NCBI RefSeq assembly: GCF_000181795.1
Contig: NW_003526940.1
Span: 22,440-86,439 of the forward strand
Direction: 5' to 3'
Length of the DNA stretch: 64,000 bases
Origin: Trichinella spiralis
Lineage: Eukaryota
Each line of letters begins with the position of its first letter. The stretch's first letter is position 1. The position numbers were made by a program, and so were the translations under genes. The notes under the pieces are model-generated. The model made no database searches. It saw only the letters and a program-made list of their open reading frames with translations, and was not told where the DNA came from. This document shows positions 1-13,803 of this stretch, piece after piece.

Positions 1-141
1 TAGATACTATAAATAACTGTTTACGTGAATATGTAGCAATTGACTCTCGGCAAACATGACGTCATACACTGAAAATACTTGGCAGTTGGCCAACTATTTG
101 TTCTCTGTTAAAAAGAATTGACAATCGATATTGTCAGCGTG

Positions 142-461
142 TGTTGGAAACTCTCAATTCCTGGAATTGGGTCATATTTAGAAATCAATGAGAATACGTC
201 ATCGCGCAAGAGAAGTGCGTATATATACGAGAGAACGAGAGCAGAGAATCAGTACGAGCAGTACACGTGTTGAGAGTACGTTTAGTACTTGTGATAGTAG
301 CAGTGTTAGTCGTATACACTGTGAAGATAACTATGTGCTTGAGTAGTATTGTTTGAGATCGTTGAATAAAACTGTTTCTATCTGATTTTGGTTTATTGCT
401 GAAAGCAATAAATTTGTGTGGAACGATATTAGCTTGGACGCAGTAGTTATCACCATCAACA
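142..461. mobile_element. Possible solo LTR-like fragment
   Basis: 320-bp segment bounded by TGTTG...CAACA inverted ends, with an AG-rich interior and two AATAAA motifs in the 3' half. No matching target-site duplication is seen. Confidence 0.3.
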
Positions 462-570
462 AAGAACCAGAGAAAGCTTATTCATCACGAGGACGAATAA
501 GCCGCGAATAACTACAGTCAGTATTGGAACCTGATTGTTAGTTATACAAAGTGTAGCTAAAATTTGCTAC

Positions 571-1270
571 AATTATAATCGAAAACTACATACCGATAAA
601 TCGCGATAGCTTTGATTTTGCGAAAAAAAATAAGAACTGATGAAATATCTCAGAAGAAGCGGCTTTGTATATTGTCAGTTCGACAGCAAATCTGCAAATG
701 ACAAACTGTCCTATCGTGTATGCTTATTCTCAAAGCTCTGAACAAACAGTGCCAAAACTGAGCTATTGAATTAATTGTACGCGATTGAACAAACACCGCT
801 TTGTAGTGTACTTACTGGTTGGCTTACTGAATTTCCGCCATGTGAATTGCGAATCAGATGTTGTTGTTCATAAAAAATATTAAAATTTAAAGTTTACAAC
901 TTTGCGCAATCAGTTGGTGGGAAAATTGTTCAAATTAGTCATATTCAACGTTTGAAAAGAAGAAAATTTTCAACAATTCAACATTTGCTTATGCAATGGA
1001 ATAAATTACAACGGAATCACCAGGAAAAAATACAAAGGATACCAAAAAAAAGGTGCAAATAACAAAAGTTCGGAGAGTGAAAGTGTGCGTTGAAGACAAA
1101 ATGATGCCATATTGAAAGCTGGCTAAATCAAAATTGTCAGAAAATCAATTTAAAAATCAATTTCCCACTGTTGGAGAAGCTGTTCAGTTGAAATCATTTG
1201 ATCGAATTAGCATTCAATGACGAAGATGAAGAACAACAACACGGTCACAATGGGAAATATGCCCGGCAAA
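571..1270 (+). repeat. ~700-bp dispersed repeat, copy A (copy B at 24620-25316)
   Basis: Near-identical to 24620-25316 from AATTATAATCGAAAACTACATACC onwards. Differences are mostly small indels in the last ~250 bp. Confidence 0.95.
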
Positions 1271-4200
1271 GCACACGAAATGCTCATTCAAATCACAAGC
1301 TGATCAAATGATGAAAAAGAAAAAAAATAAATTTTTCATAATTAAAAAACAATATCCAATATGTAATAGCATCGTTTATTTACAAAAAGAAAATCCTACT
1401 CTGACAACACGTGGGTAGAGTGGAGAAGTGGTGAACGGAAATGAAATTTCTCAACAGATCATTTTTATTTATCATTTTCCAAGTCGAACAAATTCATTTT
1501 TTATTCACTAAAAATTGACAAAATTGCTTTCTATCATTCTGCAAATTGATACTGTAAATGAATTCTTGCAGAGTTAATTATTTCTTTTTTTTTATTCTAA
1601 AATTGTATCATTAGATTTCTTCGAAATTGCTTTCTTTTTAATTAAAAAACATATGAAAAAACAGTAGAGATTAAAATTTAAAAATAACCAAGCTTTAAGT
1701 TATTTATTTCTTTTTAATCTAAAGAATACATTAATCCTATTCTGCGTACAGTAAACTACTTTACGGAGACAAAATGCAATTTGTTAAATTAACAATGCTC
1801 AAGTACTTGAAATTTATAATTAAAAAAAAAACTATTCTCTAGCAGAAGCAGGAAATGAATAACAATTCAAACGTGAAATTGCTTTCAAATTTTTCTTTCA
1901 AAAAATTTCAGACTGCAAGTATTAAAAATGCAAATTGAGTTGTCTTCGCAAATGACTTTTCAAAATAAATAGATACATTTTTCTGCAAAATTAAATCTCT
2001 ACCAACCGACTTCCATGGAAGTTAAGCGGATTAAACAATTTTTGTTCATAAATATATTAACTTTTTTTAATCATTAAACTTCTTTTTTTCTCAAACTGTC
2101 CACATTGAAATTTAAAATAAAAATGATAAGCACAACAACGAACAAACAAATATCAGTGAAATTTTATTTTACAGCACAAAACAACATTCAAAATAAATAA
2201 AACAAAAAAAACAGCCAACAACGACAAATACATCAAACAGAATAATAACAATACACCATCAAAATCAAGAGAACAGAATCAAAATCTGTTTCTGCTTTTT
2301 TTATTCTGAAATTTTTTTCTGCTTTACCTTTATAATACAACATAAAACATTCATTGAAAGAAATGAAAAAAATCAAATTCTTCTGCATTCATTGTTTCTC
2401 ATATAAATTCACATGCCGCTAACTTACTTCATTTTTCCAATAAATCGTCCATAAATTTGTCAATTTAACTTAAATAAACAGCAAATAAGCAATTTCATCA
2501 ATACTACTAATTTATCGCAATACAATAATGTCACAATATAACTGAAATTTTAAAATTGATTATAAAATTCCAATTTCTACATAAGTTCCAAGACAACTAA
2601 TTTTGATATGTCTCGTTATTTCAGCAATGAAAGCAGTGATAAAAGAAGATTTGATCAGAGACTTCTCAAATATGCAATTCTTAACAAAAGCTGTAACTCG
2701 AACAAAACAATTAATCTTAGAACAGCTATAAATTTTTATCCAATTAACTAACTGTAAGCGATTTTAGCAAAAATTTGAAAATACGAATTAAAGAAGCGGA
2801 GAAAATCATTAAAACTTGAGCGGTCGTAATTTTTAAAACGTATTCAAAATAGCGATAGCACAAGCACCTTTATAAATCGGTGCATAATCAGTATTCTATA
2901 AGCAAATAACGGCCACGTTGTTCAAGATAAAAATCAATAAAATCAATCAATAAAAAAGTGAAATCTTTTGAAAAGAAAACAAGTCAAAATAATGCATAAC
3001 GCTCGATACTGTCAGTAAGGAAATTGAAATAATTATTTTTATGCAAAATAAAATTTCAAAGCTTCACCTAATGTAGCGTTAGAAGTTATTTAAAATCTTA
3101 CTGTACTGCCATATTTCTTATTACAATACTGAAAATAGGTTACTTTTATTAGATAATCCTAATTTCCTTGGCAAAAGAAACTGTTACATAATGGTATTGT
3201 AGTAAATTCGAATTTGTAAACAACGTGCTAAATATATTAAAAATATTATTCTAAAAATGTGCTCAATAATTTTAAATGCCACTGAAAAACAAAACTAGCA
3301 TGCTTTATCTGTTTTTCCATCAATTGCATCCTTAATCGAACAGCTTTTATTACACTAAAACACAACTTTTCAATTAAATTTATTTGATTAAAATTCCATT
3401 TAAAAGATAAAAAATAACTAAATTTAAACTAATCTATTTGTTATACACAAGGAAACGTTCCAATCACCGATTTTAAAAGAGACCCTGAAAACACTTGAAC
3501 TGAAAATCTATCAAAATCAAACTTTCACATAAATTTTCAAAAAAGCAATGACAAAAATAAATTAGACAAAATAATACTGCTGTGACCAATCAATTTAATA
3601 CTATTTGACAAAGCTCATCATTGAGAAACTGCAAAAACAGCCCAATACCAAAATAATTTTCACCAATGAGACATCAAAGACGTCAAATTAATTTGCAAAA
3701 TAGCTAAAAACAAATATTCAATATTTTATACACCATCTCATTACAGCCACTTCCTCAATTTATGATAAGAATGTGAATTATGAATTAAAAATGAATAATA
3801 ATTCTTGTTTATTTTATTTTGTACTTTATCACACTTATGGGTATAAATAATAGATAAAAGCAACATGCCCGTATTAATAAAAGCTGCATATTATCCAAAA
3901 ATCAAAAAATATAAATAATATATTTATAATGAATATTTTTCTTAATTAAATATAATTTTAAATTTTTCATACAAATAGCACAAACATATTCTAATGAAGA
4001 ATTATATGCAACCAGTTATCACAATAATTGCATAACACGTATATAACATGAAAAATAAAAGTAATGATAAATCAGAAATTGACAAAAAAACGCTTAGAAA
4101 TGCATATAGCAGTTATAAATTCAATTCTTACTGCAAATTGAAACGCTATAGATAATCGCAACGCCCGATAAAATATAGCAGCAAGAATGATCAATTGGAA

Positions 4201-4979
4201 CTGCTACTAATACAGAAAACTGATTAATAGCATTCAAGTTATATAAGACATATATTTGATAAAAATAAAATTTGCTTGATTATTTTACTAAATTACGCAG
4301 ACCATGTAACCATTTCATCAAGTTGATTTCATTCTATTTTTTTAAATTTCATTTTAAATGGACTCTTCAACGATTTACAAAATTGTATAAATTGAGTGAT
4401 GCAATGAAGCAAAAATTTAATTAAACATTAAAGATTAAGAATATATTTCAATGTTCAGAATCTGAAAATGCAGTGCTATTTCCAAAATAACAATTCATAA
4501 AGTAAAAATATGACCTGCATACTTTTGTTACTTGATTTTCTTTAATACTGTTGCAGATTTTAGTTGCTTTGACATAATTATTTTGTATTTTAAATGCACT
4601 GTATACTTTTATTTCTATTATTTATTTTTATGTTTTATACTGTTATTAATTTAACTGTGCCATTTCAACATGCATATTTAGTAAATAAAGAAATATTTTC
4701 TTCGCAAAGCATTGTTTTGTTCCACTATTCTCTAAGTAGTATTTTTCAGTTTTGAGAACTTTTTTTCTTGATGTTACTTAATTTTGAAAAGTATTTTTTT
4801 TATCTTTACAAAAAATGCATATAACATGATAGTATTATTCCAAGTTATAATGTTGAAACTGTTTTCTGCAATCAATGCTCTAGTATTATAAAAGTGCATT
4901 GTATTTTCTGAATAACGAACATATTGTTGCACAGTTTTTGTTGTTTTATCATTCTAACGATTAATTTTCAGATAAGAAC

Positions 4980-6484
4980 ATGACAGAGCATAATTTGAAA
5001 AGCAGGCGACGGCGAAGTCGTTCTAGCAGCAGTAAGACCAGCGAAAGGTAATACAGTTATTTTTCTCTGTCCCAATTGTAAGGTCGATATTATTTTGAAA
5101 AATATTTTTATCGCTTGGTTTGAAATGAAATTTTAATTGGCACTGATTTATTTGCATTTTATTTGGTTGTTTTTATTTGTTTTTTATATATTTGCGTGCA
5201 TTTGTTTCAGTTCGGGATCAGAGACTGGGTCGGACTCTACTTCAAAAAGTTCTACTGAATCAAGCAGCAGAAGTTCGGATAGCAGTCGTTCTTCTAGCGG
5301 ATCATCTGGCTCTTCAACGTCCAGTCGTTCTAGAAGCAGAAACAAGCGGCGCAGCATTACTCCCAAAAGAAAAGAATCCAGAAGACAGGCGCATTCACCA
5401 ATTCGATCTAGAGGTCGGCATGATGCACGACGACGTTCTCGTGGTGAGTCACATTTTTTAATTTTAATTTCGTAAAATATGCAACGAATAATGATTGATT
5501 GAAAAATATCATTTATGTTTGCCTAATATACTTAAGTGTTGTGATCATAAGCATGAATCGTAGGTCAGAATAATTTCTTTTAAGTTGTTTTTGTACAAAC
5601 TGCAGAATGACTGAAACCAATATGCTAATTGATATTTTTTTGAAAAGTAATAAACATAATAAAAAAATTATTTTTCCTTTTCTGAACGAAAATAAAACTT
5701 GTTGAACAGATCGCAGTGTAAATCGACGCAGACGCAGTAGTAGTGGTAGTTCTGGCCAGAATGGCGATGTACGGCGCCGGAGACGTCGCGATTCTGGACG
5801 AGATGCAGACAGAACAACAAGAAGAGATGACAGGAAGAAAGATGTGGTGGAAAAGGAACATCCGAAAAAGCAAGAATCGCCGAAACCGACCAACCTGCGA
5901 GTGGGAAATTTGACAAAAAATGTGACCAAGTGCGTTTGGAAGAATGCAAATTCATATGTTTCGAAATATAATTTTTTTTCAATCTGCACATTCGATTCGC
6001 AGAGATCACGTTTTTGAAATATTTTCCGTCTATGGACCATTGAAAAGTGTCGATATGCCGCTGGGAAAGTTCAACATCAACCGCGGTTTCGCTTTTGTGC
6101 AATATGAATCAGGAGAAGATGCGGAAAAAGCTCAGAAGCATATGGATGGAGGTAGGGTGGAAGTTGGTTTGAATTTGCTTCATGTTGATTGATATGCTTG
6201 GATTCAGGTCAGATTGATGGAAACGACGTATCGGTTGTACCTGCCGTTGCAAAGCCCGTGATTCGTCCATCGCCTCCACGTTACGGCGGTAGCAGAGCCA
6301 CTGGACGACTTCGCGGGAGTGGCAATTGGAGACGTTCTCCTGTACGATACGGCGGCATGCGTCGGTAAAGCATTGTTTGTCATTTTTTAAAAAAAAATGA
6401 ATATTTCTTCAACTCGGTTTGAATTTCAGTTCCAGATCACGTTCCGTCGGTCGTAGAAGCCCACGTCGTTACCGTCGTTCTTGA
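4980..6484 (+). CDS. RNPS1: RNA-binding protein with serine-rich domain 1 (RNPS1-like; EJC/ASAP complex), 6 exons
   Basis: Exons approx. 4980-5047, 5211-5443, 5710-5929, 6003-6151, 6208-6364, 6430-6484, all with GT-AG borders. Ser-rich N-terminus, one RRM (PTNLRVGNLTKNVTKDHVFEIFSVYG...NRGFAFVQY...AEKAQKHMDGGQIDG) and an RS/P-rich tail. Confidence 0.88.
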
Positions 6485-6730
6485 ACAAATTGAAAATCAT
6501 TTAAACAAAAAGCTAAACTATTTAGAAAATCATCATTATATTTCAGTTTTCTTTTTTTAAATAATAATTCATGTGAAAAAGAAAAATAATCCCCAGTACT
6601 ACTACTAGTAGAGAGAAAGTTGAACAGTAAACAGAAGAAGTAATAAATAAGAAATGTGTGTTATTATTCGTTTTTTTCAGTTTAATTTGCATTTATTCTC
6701 TCAACATTATCCATTGTTGTTGTTTAATGG

Positions 6731-9700
6731 TCACAATTTAAGCAGATCTTGTGAAAAGCTGAGAGCGTTCATCAGACAGAGTTGTGTTTCTCGAATTTCA
6801 TCTTCACTGACGTCGCCCAGATCTTGCTTGTTCAAACAGCCCAATTCCAAACCAATTAGTAAATTTTCAAACGTTTTCAAAAGACCAAGTAGTTCACTTC
6901 TTCTCAGCACACTCTTCTGTAACAAGAAAGAAAAGAATTACATATTTTCAACGGTCAAATATTAGACTGCATTTAAAAAAAGTCTTTTACATTTTTCGTC
7001 CAGCTGAACCACAGACGGATGCTGCGAAACATGTCGAAGAGAATGTATATGGGCATTGAACCAACGGTTGTCAAATTGGTCAAATATTTTATAGCGTCGT
7101 CGACGTGACCATCCTGAGCCATGTGACACAGTCGTTGGTATTTTACTGAACAAGAAGTAAGGGGGAAATTTATAATTATGAAAGGGGAAAAAATATTTTT
7201 TTTAAATGAGACTTCACCGAGCACAACAAGGATGTGATCTTCTGCAAAATCTGCAATCGGTATTTCTTGTAATAAATCTTTGTTCTTCATCAATTCTGCA
7301 AAGTTGACATTTTTCAAAATTCGCATGGTCACCGACTTGACCAGTTCTTCATTCTGAATGTTGTTTAAAGTATTGTTGAGAAAAAGAAAAAAAAACGTAA
7401 ATGGTGCTTGCTTACTTTCGTTTCGACAGAATATCGCAAGGCAGAGATGTAGTCACCTTCTGCTGCCATTTTCAAAGCAGCTTGCTTGTAAATATTCAAA
7501 GCTAAAAATTACACATTGCATGAGGATAAATTTTTGTGTTTTTTTTTCTTGTTAAATTTCCACACCAATTTCGTGCAATCCATTGGAATTACAAATTTCC
7601 AATACTTCGGTTATATTGTTTTCATTTTCTCTAAATGCCAACGATTCCAAACATGGTGACAACACTGAACTGAAATTGAAAAGAAAAATCTCAATAAGAT
7701 GCTAATAATGCCTTTGATGTTCCAAAATCGCCTACCTGCCACTGGCATGCTTCAACAGATATTCCACACCAAGTTTCCAAAGTCTAAAATTTAAATACAT
7801 CAATAATTCAGTTTCACAGAACATAACAAGAAAGAAACAAACTGAGAGGAATTGATCAAGCAAACTCCGGCTGAGCGTAGAAAATATCCACGAAGTTCGT
7901 GTATACTGTTTAAATGAACACTGAAAATCGAAACATGATCATGCTTCAACAAGAATATTAATCAACTGCAATTGTATTTACATACTCCTTGCAAGTTTTC
8001 ACACGAGCTTCAATGCAGTATAGAAAAGTTGAAAAAGTAATTGCCAGCCATAAGTCATTCAATGTCAAACTGAAGCAAGAGAAAATTCAATTTCAATAAA
8101 TTTGTAAATCTAATATACTGCGCTTACTCACCCAACGTAAATCAATAAATTTACAGAGTCACAGCTTAAAATTTGGGCATAAACATCATTGGGAAAAGAC
8201 AGTGCAGAAAAATACAACAAGCAGTCCTTGAAATAAAATTATGCATATGCATATATATATGTTTTACGTATTAAATAAATTTTAGAACAAAAGACTTTAC
8301 TTCGTTAATAACACTGAGCTCGGTTTTGGACAACGCTGAAGAATGAGAGAAAACTTTACCAAAAAATCGAACAAGCCAAGGGTTGGACGATGTAACATGA
8401 TTCAGTGATTCGTCTCTTCCCAAAAGAATCTGCAATTGAATTTCAAATCAAACACTGAATAAAACACGATCACCGGATTAATGAAAATTACAAAACAAGT
8501 TGTCTTCAATTCAGGATAAATGCTCAAATTCCATTTTCGAAAAACCTGAGTGACCAAAGCTGGCCACCAGTCGATCCTATTCGCCATACCGTATTCTGTG
8601 GCGATGATCATTTCGTCCGGTAAATTGGTGCACTAATTAAAATTTGAAAATATAAAAATAATTTAAAAAAAAATTTCTATTCTCACATTTAATCGACTCT
8701 TCTGCACTTGCAGTAGTTGTATGACAACTTGAAAACATTCTTCTTGAACTGAAGGATGCTTTCGCAGCAATTTCAACGCCGACTCAATATTCCCAAGAAG
8801 CAGATTAAGGTAAATCTATAAAAAAATAAAACCGTTTTATTTTTTACTGATGATAAAATAAAATTATCTATTATTTCATACGCAATTCCAGTGATCTGCA
8901 GAAAATTCAGAATCAAGGAAATCTTTAATACTGATTTCTTGCAAAAGTTTTCTTTCTGCCAATATGGCCAATTTGGCCCAATTTGAAATTTCGCTCAATG
9001 AAACAAATTCTACAACAAAGAAAAGAAAAAGAAATTTGACAAATTTTAAACTTTAAATCTGTCCAACAAAAAACAACTCACCTGAATCGCTCATGTATAT
9101 TATTGAAAATAAACATAAAACCGACTGATATCGCTTGTAAGTTTCCACCTGTATCAAAATCATTTTAATTTTACTTCAAAATATATTTAAAAAACAACAA
9201 CACGACGTACAACACTATAAACATGTGAATCTTTAACTCTCTGCATTTGCCTACAACATCCTTGCAGTGTAAATATATAGCCATCACAGAGATCTCGCAG
9301 TCTAAATTTGAACATTAAATATTAACACGAGAAGATGTGAAAAAAACGTTTTTTAAATAATTTATGAAACAATGAAAAACACTTCAAAATCACTTTTGCA
9401 AAGTTACAGGATCACTTTGAGCATGACGAGCCGCATTGGATAGATCTTTGATCATTGCTAAAAACATTTCAATACATTTCAAGCAAACGTCTAACAATAC
9501 AATTCATACGTTGAGTGTGAAAAGATAATCTCTCCAACATTTGAATTTTCTTGAGTTCTTTGTCATCAAAGCATTTCTGTCTACACAATCTTGTAAGCCC
9601 TCAAAAATATCACAACATATAAACAACAAATAAAAAATAAACTACATTTCAAAAATCGACAAATACAATTTCCAATCCAACGCACACAACAACTCACTTT

Positions 9701-9830
9701 TATAATTCATTTTAACAGCATAAACGTTGTCCAAACTGTCCAAAGCAAAGTCGATTTCTCTTTTCGCCTTCATAATGTGATTTGAACAACAACAGAAGTG
9801 CAAGCAAACTGTAAGAGTATTACAATTCAT
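6731..9830 (-). CDS. NUP85: Nucleoporin Nup85-like, multi-exon (5' end uncertain)
   Basis: Many short exons. Spliced peptides DHWNC/IYLNLLLGNIESALKLLRKH, LNDLWLAITF, LWKLGVEYL and YQRLCHMAQDGHVDDAIKYL resemble Nup85 segments (e.g. SLWQLGVDY). Stop TGA at 6731-6733. Confidence 0.65.
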
Positions 9831-11066
9831 AAAAGATGCTATTCAATTAAGTATCAGAGTATTTATAGTAATTGCTACAAATCAAAGCATAAAATGGACC
9901 AAACGTTAAAAAATAGTTGCATTTCTTGGCAGCATTATAAATATTTTAATTAATCTTATTCGCACAGTTTTAGTATTTCAAAATCGGCACATCACCATTT
10001 TAATCAGCAAAGATAACAATTAATTTCCGAAACCATACTAATAACGATATATATCATTTTGTAAAACTTTTTATATATGCAGTAATTAACAAATGAAAAG
10101 AAAACTTAACTAATTAAAGTACAATTGTTTATTTTCAATATCATTATAATGCTAAAATAAATGAAATATTACAATAAGAAATGTTCAGAACACTGAATAC
10201 TATCATTAAAAATAATGATTTTCAAGTAATAACATGGCTATCTGTAATTCAATATCTTTTCGTCCTGAAGTTAAAAAACTCTTACTACCCTAATATAAAA
10301 TATAAATAAAATAATAATTATTATTTTTATTTTATTTTGCGGTAACACAGCTTAGAACAATTTAAATTCTCGCGGTTTATATCATACTTACAGCTGCTGC
10401 AATTAATTTCATCAGCTAATAACTGTCAATTGTGAATAATTGAAATATTTGGCACTTTATTGGTTAGAATGTTCTGATCACAATTTTCATAGCTGTAATA
10501 GTTTAATTTTTAATATTAATTTCAGCATGCATGATAATATTCTTTTCTAACGTTTTGAGCCACTCAGCATCTTTTGTTGCAAGCGCCAATTCAGCGATAA
10601 AATATCTGCTTCAAGTCGATATACCAGCAAAAAAAGTAAACATTACTATAAAACCCACTCAATTTTTAACTGTTGTGTTTAATTTTGTACAAAAAACAAA
10701 AATACAACTTTAGAATTGCGTTGATGATATCACTATTTCCTGTTAAATTCGAATATACATCTCCCCAAAATAAACTTAAACATCTACAAAGAAATGTTTC
10801 TGAAAATTATTTTCAGAAAATTTAGAGCAGCTTCAGCTAGCAGTGCTTTTGAGAAGTTTGTGGAAGTTACTTTTGCGCTTACAGTAAGGGCTGAATACAT
10901 CCGCAGAATGCGGGGTATCACACTGAATGCCGGATTTCATAATTACCACATATGTAGAATAGACTTCATTAACATACTAGTAGTTTTGAGCAACCTGCAT
11001 CACAAAAGTCGAAAAGGGGCACGACGTGCATTTTGCTGTCTTTAGCGCCGTCATGAATGCCTAGAC

Positions 11067-11778
11067 CAGTGGTTCTCAAAGTGTGGGTAGTGAGCAGTTA
11101 TTGGGTGGGTCGCGTAAAATTTTAATCTACGGGAGTAGTCTTTATTTTTGTTAGGAGAGTTTCACTCATTGAAAATTATTGGGTGAACAAGTAAGCTGTG
11201 ATTCAGTTACTGATGACTTGAGAATCACTATTTCTGTCCAGCTTCTCACAGCACGCAGATGTTGTCCGTACCGGCATATCAACAAAAGAAGATTGAGAAT
11301 TAATTTATTTGTCTGAAGATTCTTCGTTTAAAGTCAGTTTTGATTGTAAAACGTAATACAGTTTTGACTATTATCCAACTTTTTCCACCGCCGCATTAAA
11401 AGTGCTGCTTCCTTTTACTACTTCCTACTTGTGCGAAATTGGATTTTCAGCAATAAATGGAATTAAAGGCAAATTTAGAAATAAGTTACAATTATCCAAC
11501 ATCTTGCGAATAAAACTAACACGTGTTAGTGTGGACGTCGAAGAAGTCATAAGTTAGAATAGAAAACAAGCCCACTGTTCGCATGCACTCATTATGTATT
11601 TGACAAATAAACTTATACGTTTTAATTAGGCTTGTTCATTAAAAAATTTAAAGTATTAAACAAATATTTTTTATTTAACCCCTCTTATCTTTTAAAATAT
11701 GCATTGCAAGCAGGTGGGTCGCGAAAAATTACCGTTTTCAAAAGTGGGTGGCAACCCAGTAAAGTTTGAGAACCACTG
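11067..11778 (+). mobile_element. Non-autonomous hAT (Buster/Charlie-type) DNA transposon, 712 bp
   Basis: Perfect 14-bp TIR CAGTGGTTCTCAAA...TTTGAGAACCACTG. Identical 8-bp TSD GCCTAGAC (11059-11066, 11779-11786) with central TA. Internal hATC dimerisation relic YPTFSTAALKVLLPFTTSYLCEIGFSAINGIKGKFRNKL (~11370-11490). Confidence 0.95.
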
Positions 11779-12187
11779 GCCTAGACAATATATAAACGTG
11801 AGTGTGATTTGCTAGAATTGTTTAAAAAGAAAATAGTAGATTTGCTTGCGTTTACATCTAACGTCAGTAAGTCTTTATGCATGATAGGAAATGTTTTGTT
11901 CTAGCAAAGAAGGCGCCCGTGCAGAGCAGCTAAAGCAGATGTTGAGCCAAGGCTCTCAAGAAGGTACTGACACCCGCCACATGTGTTGTCTGATAACAGA
12001 GCAGATCAAATAAAACACTAACTTCAATGAAAAAGATGCCAAGTTTCCTCAAGATTATGCTAATTTCTTTTGTTAAAATATATGCACGTGTGCCTTCACA
12101 AGCGTGGTAACTGTTTTTAATAATTTAACGCACGAGTGACAAGAAATAGAACTTCTACACTGCATTTTGAGATCAAACCTTTTAGTG

Positions 12188-12508
12188 TGATTCCTTTTTT
12201 ACATTTCTTGCCAAATAATTTCCAAATTATTGATGCTAAAATGCTTGGAAGCACTTAAGAACAATTTCTTCATAGAAAAATATTTTATTATGACCATACA
12301 TATAGATAATGATAATGAAATATAACAGTAATTTTAGAGAAAAAACAACATTTGAAAAGGCAAATTTTTGTGAACAGTATTGCTTGTGGCGTGAAATTTT
12401 CAACATGGCAAAATAGTTTCCATGTGACGGATATTACTACAAATTTGTCGTTTGCCATTGAGAGTGGAAAGCAGCGGACTGAGCAAGCTTTTCGACTAAT
12501 CGAGCATT
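12188..12508 (+). repeat. Diverged direct repeat, copy A (copy B at 13470-13793)
   Basis: Shared sequences such as ACATTTCTT.CCAAATAATTTC...GAACAATTTCTTCATAGAAAAATATTTTATTATGACCATA...TTTTCAACATGGCAAAATAGTTTCCATGTGACGGATATTACTACAAATT. Confidence 0.9.
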
Positions 12509-13469
12509 TATAAGTGCGCAATTTCACTACAAGTGGCGAAACTTTATCATATTGAAACAGTTCATAAATTTGATTTTATCCATATTCATGAAGTTTCATC
12601 ATTTATATGACAATATATAATACATAATTTCAAAGTATTTATTTCACATTTCACACGTCAAAGTGATCAGTATTCTTAATACCAATTATTTTTTATTATT
12701 CTATATTTTGTTAACATACAACAATGAAATTTTTTAAAATAAGATAGTAATAAATCAACAAAACCAGCAAATACACATTAAACAGTGATTTATTTTTCAT
12801 AATTTAACATCAATAACAACAGTGAAGAACAACCACTAACGACATTAATGAAAAACAGCAATTAACAGACAGTAACAACAATAATAAACAGAAATAACTG
12901 GAATAAATGAATAAATGGGTAATATTAACAAAGTAGAAAAAAAGAAAAAAGAAAGAAAGGAATCAATAAAATATAATACAAAAGTAATACTTGGAAAGCG
13001 GCATTAAATTTGCTCAGAGCAAGGGTATAAAGCTTCGAGCAATCTAAACCGCGCGTTTACGCAACTTCTATGCAAATTTCTTGAAATGGGGTTTTCTATT
13101 TCATCACTTTCTGTATTGAGCATTGTATATGTATTTTTGTGCTGCTGTATTAATATTAAAGTAAAGATCATTCAGAAGAATTCCAATTTCGACTTATTTG
13201 CTGGTAAATATATGTATAACTTACTTGAGCAGTTGAGAAAATTAAAAATTTCACAGCATGCAGAAACAGCTTGTTTAAAATTGTTTAAAAGAACTGAAAA
13301 AAGACTTCATAAGCCATTTCTTTCTTTAGACTGTTCAGATGTACTTTAGACTCAATAATTTTTTTTCTTTTATTTTCTTGTTCATAAATGTTTTTGTGAG
13401 AAAAAATAACCAGTGATTATTATTAGAGTTTAATCATTTAATGCAAATAGAAAATAAAACCTCCCAGTT

Positions 13470-13793
13470 TGATTCTTTTTCTACATTTCTTACCAAATAA
13501 TTTCTAAAGTAGTGATGCTAAAATACTTGGAAGCAGTAAGGAACAATTTCTTCATAGAAAAATATTTTATTATGACCATATATATAGATATGGATAATAA
13601 AATATAATAGTAATTTCAGAGAAAAAACAACGTTTGAAAAGGCAAATTTTGGTAAACGGTATTGCTTATGGTGTGAAATTTTCAACATGGCAAAATAGTT
13701 TCCATGTGACGGATATTACTACAAATTCGTCGTTTGCCATTGAGAATGCAAAGCAGCAAGTTGAGCAAGCTTTTCATCCTAATCCAGCATCTT
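13470..13793 (+). repeat. Diverged direct repeat, copy B, running into an assembly gap
   Basis: Alignable by eye to 12188-12508. Ends at the N run. Confidence 0.9.
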
Positions 13794-13803
13794 NNNNNNN
13801 NNN
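13794..13803. other. Assembly gap (10 N)
   Basis: Run of 10 n characters. Confidence 1.

Noticed and set aside
5513..6102. Minus-strand ORFs of 175 and 144 aa
   Set aside because: Antisense shadows of RNPS1 exons and introns with no recognisable motif.
10384..10620. Minus-strand exon-like pieces (YFIAELALATKDAEWLKTLEK; GTAAGT donor near 10391)
   Set aside because: In-frame stops and no recognisable family. Could be UTR or pseudogene debris, but this cannot be supported.
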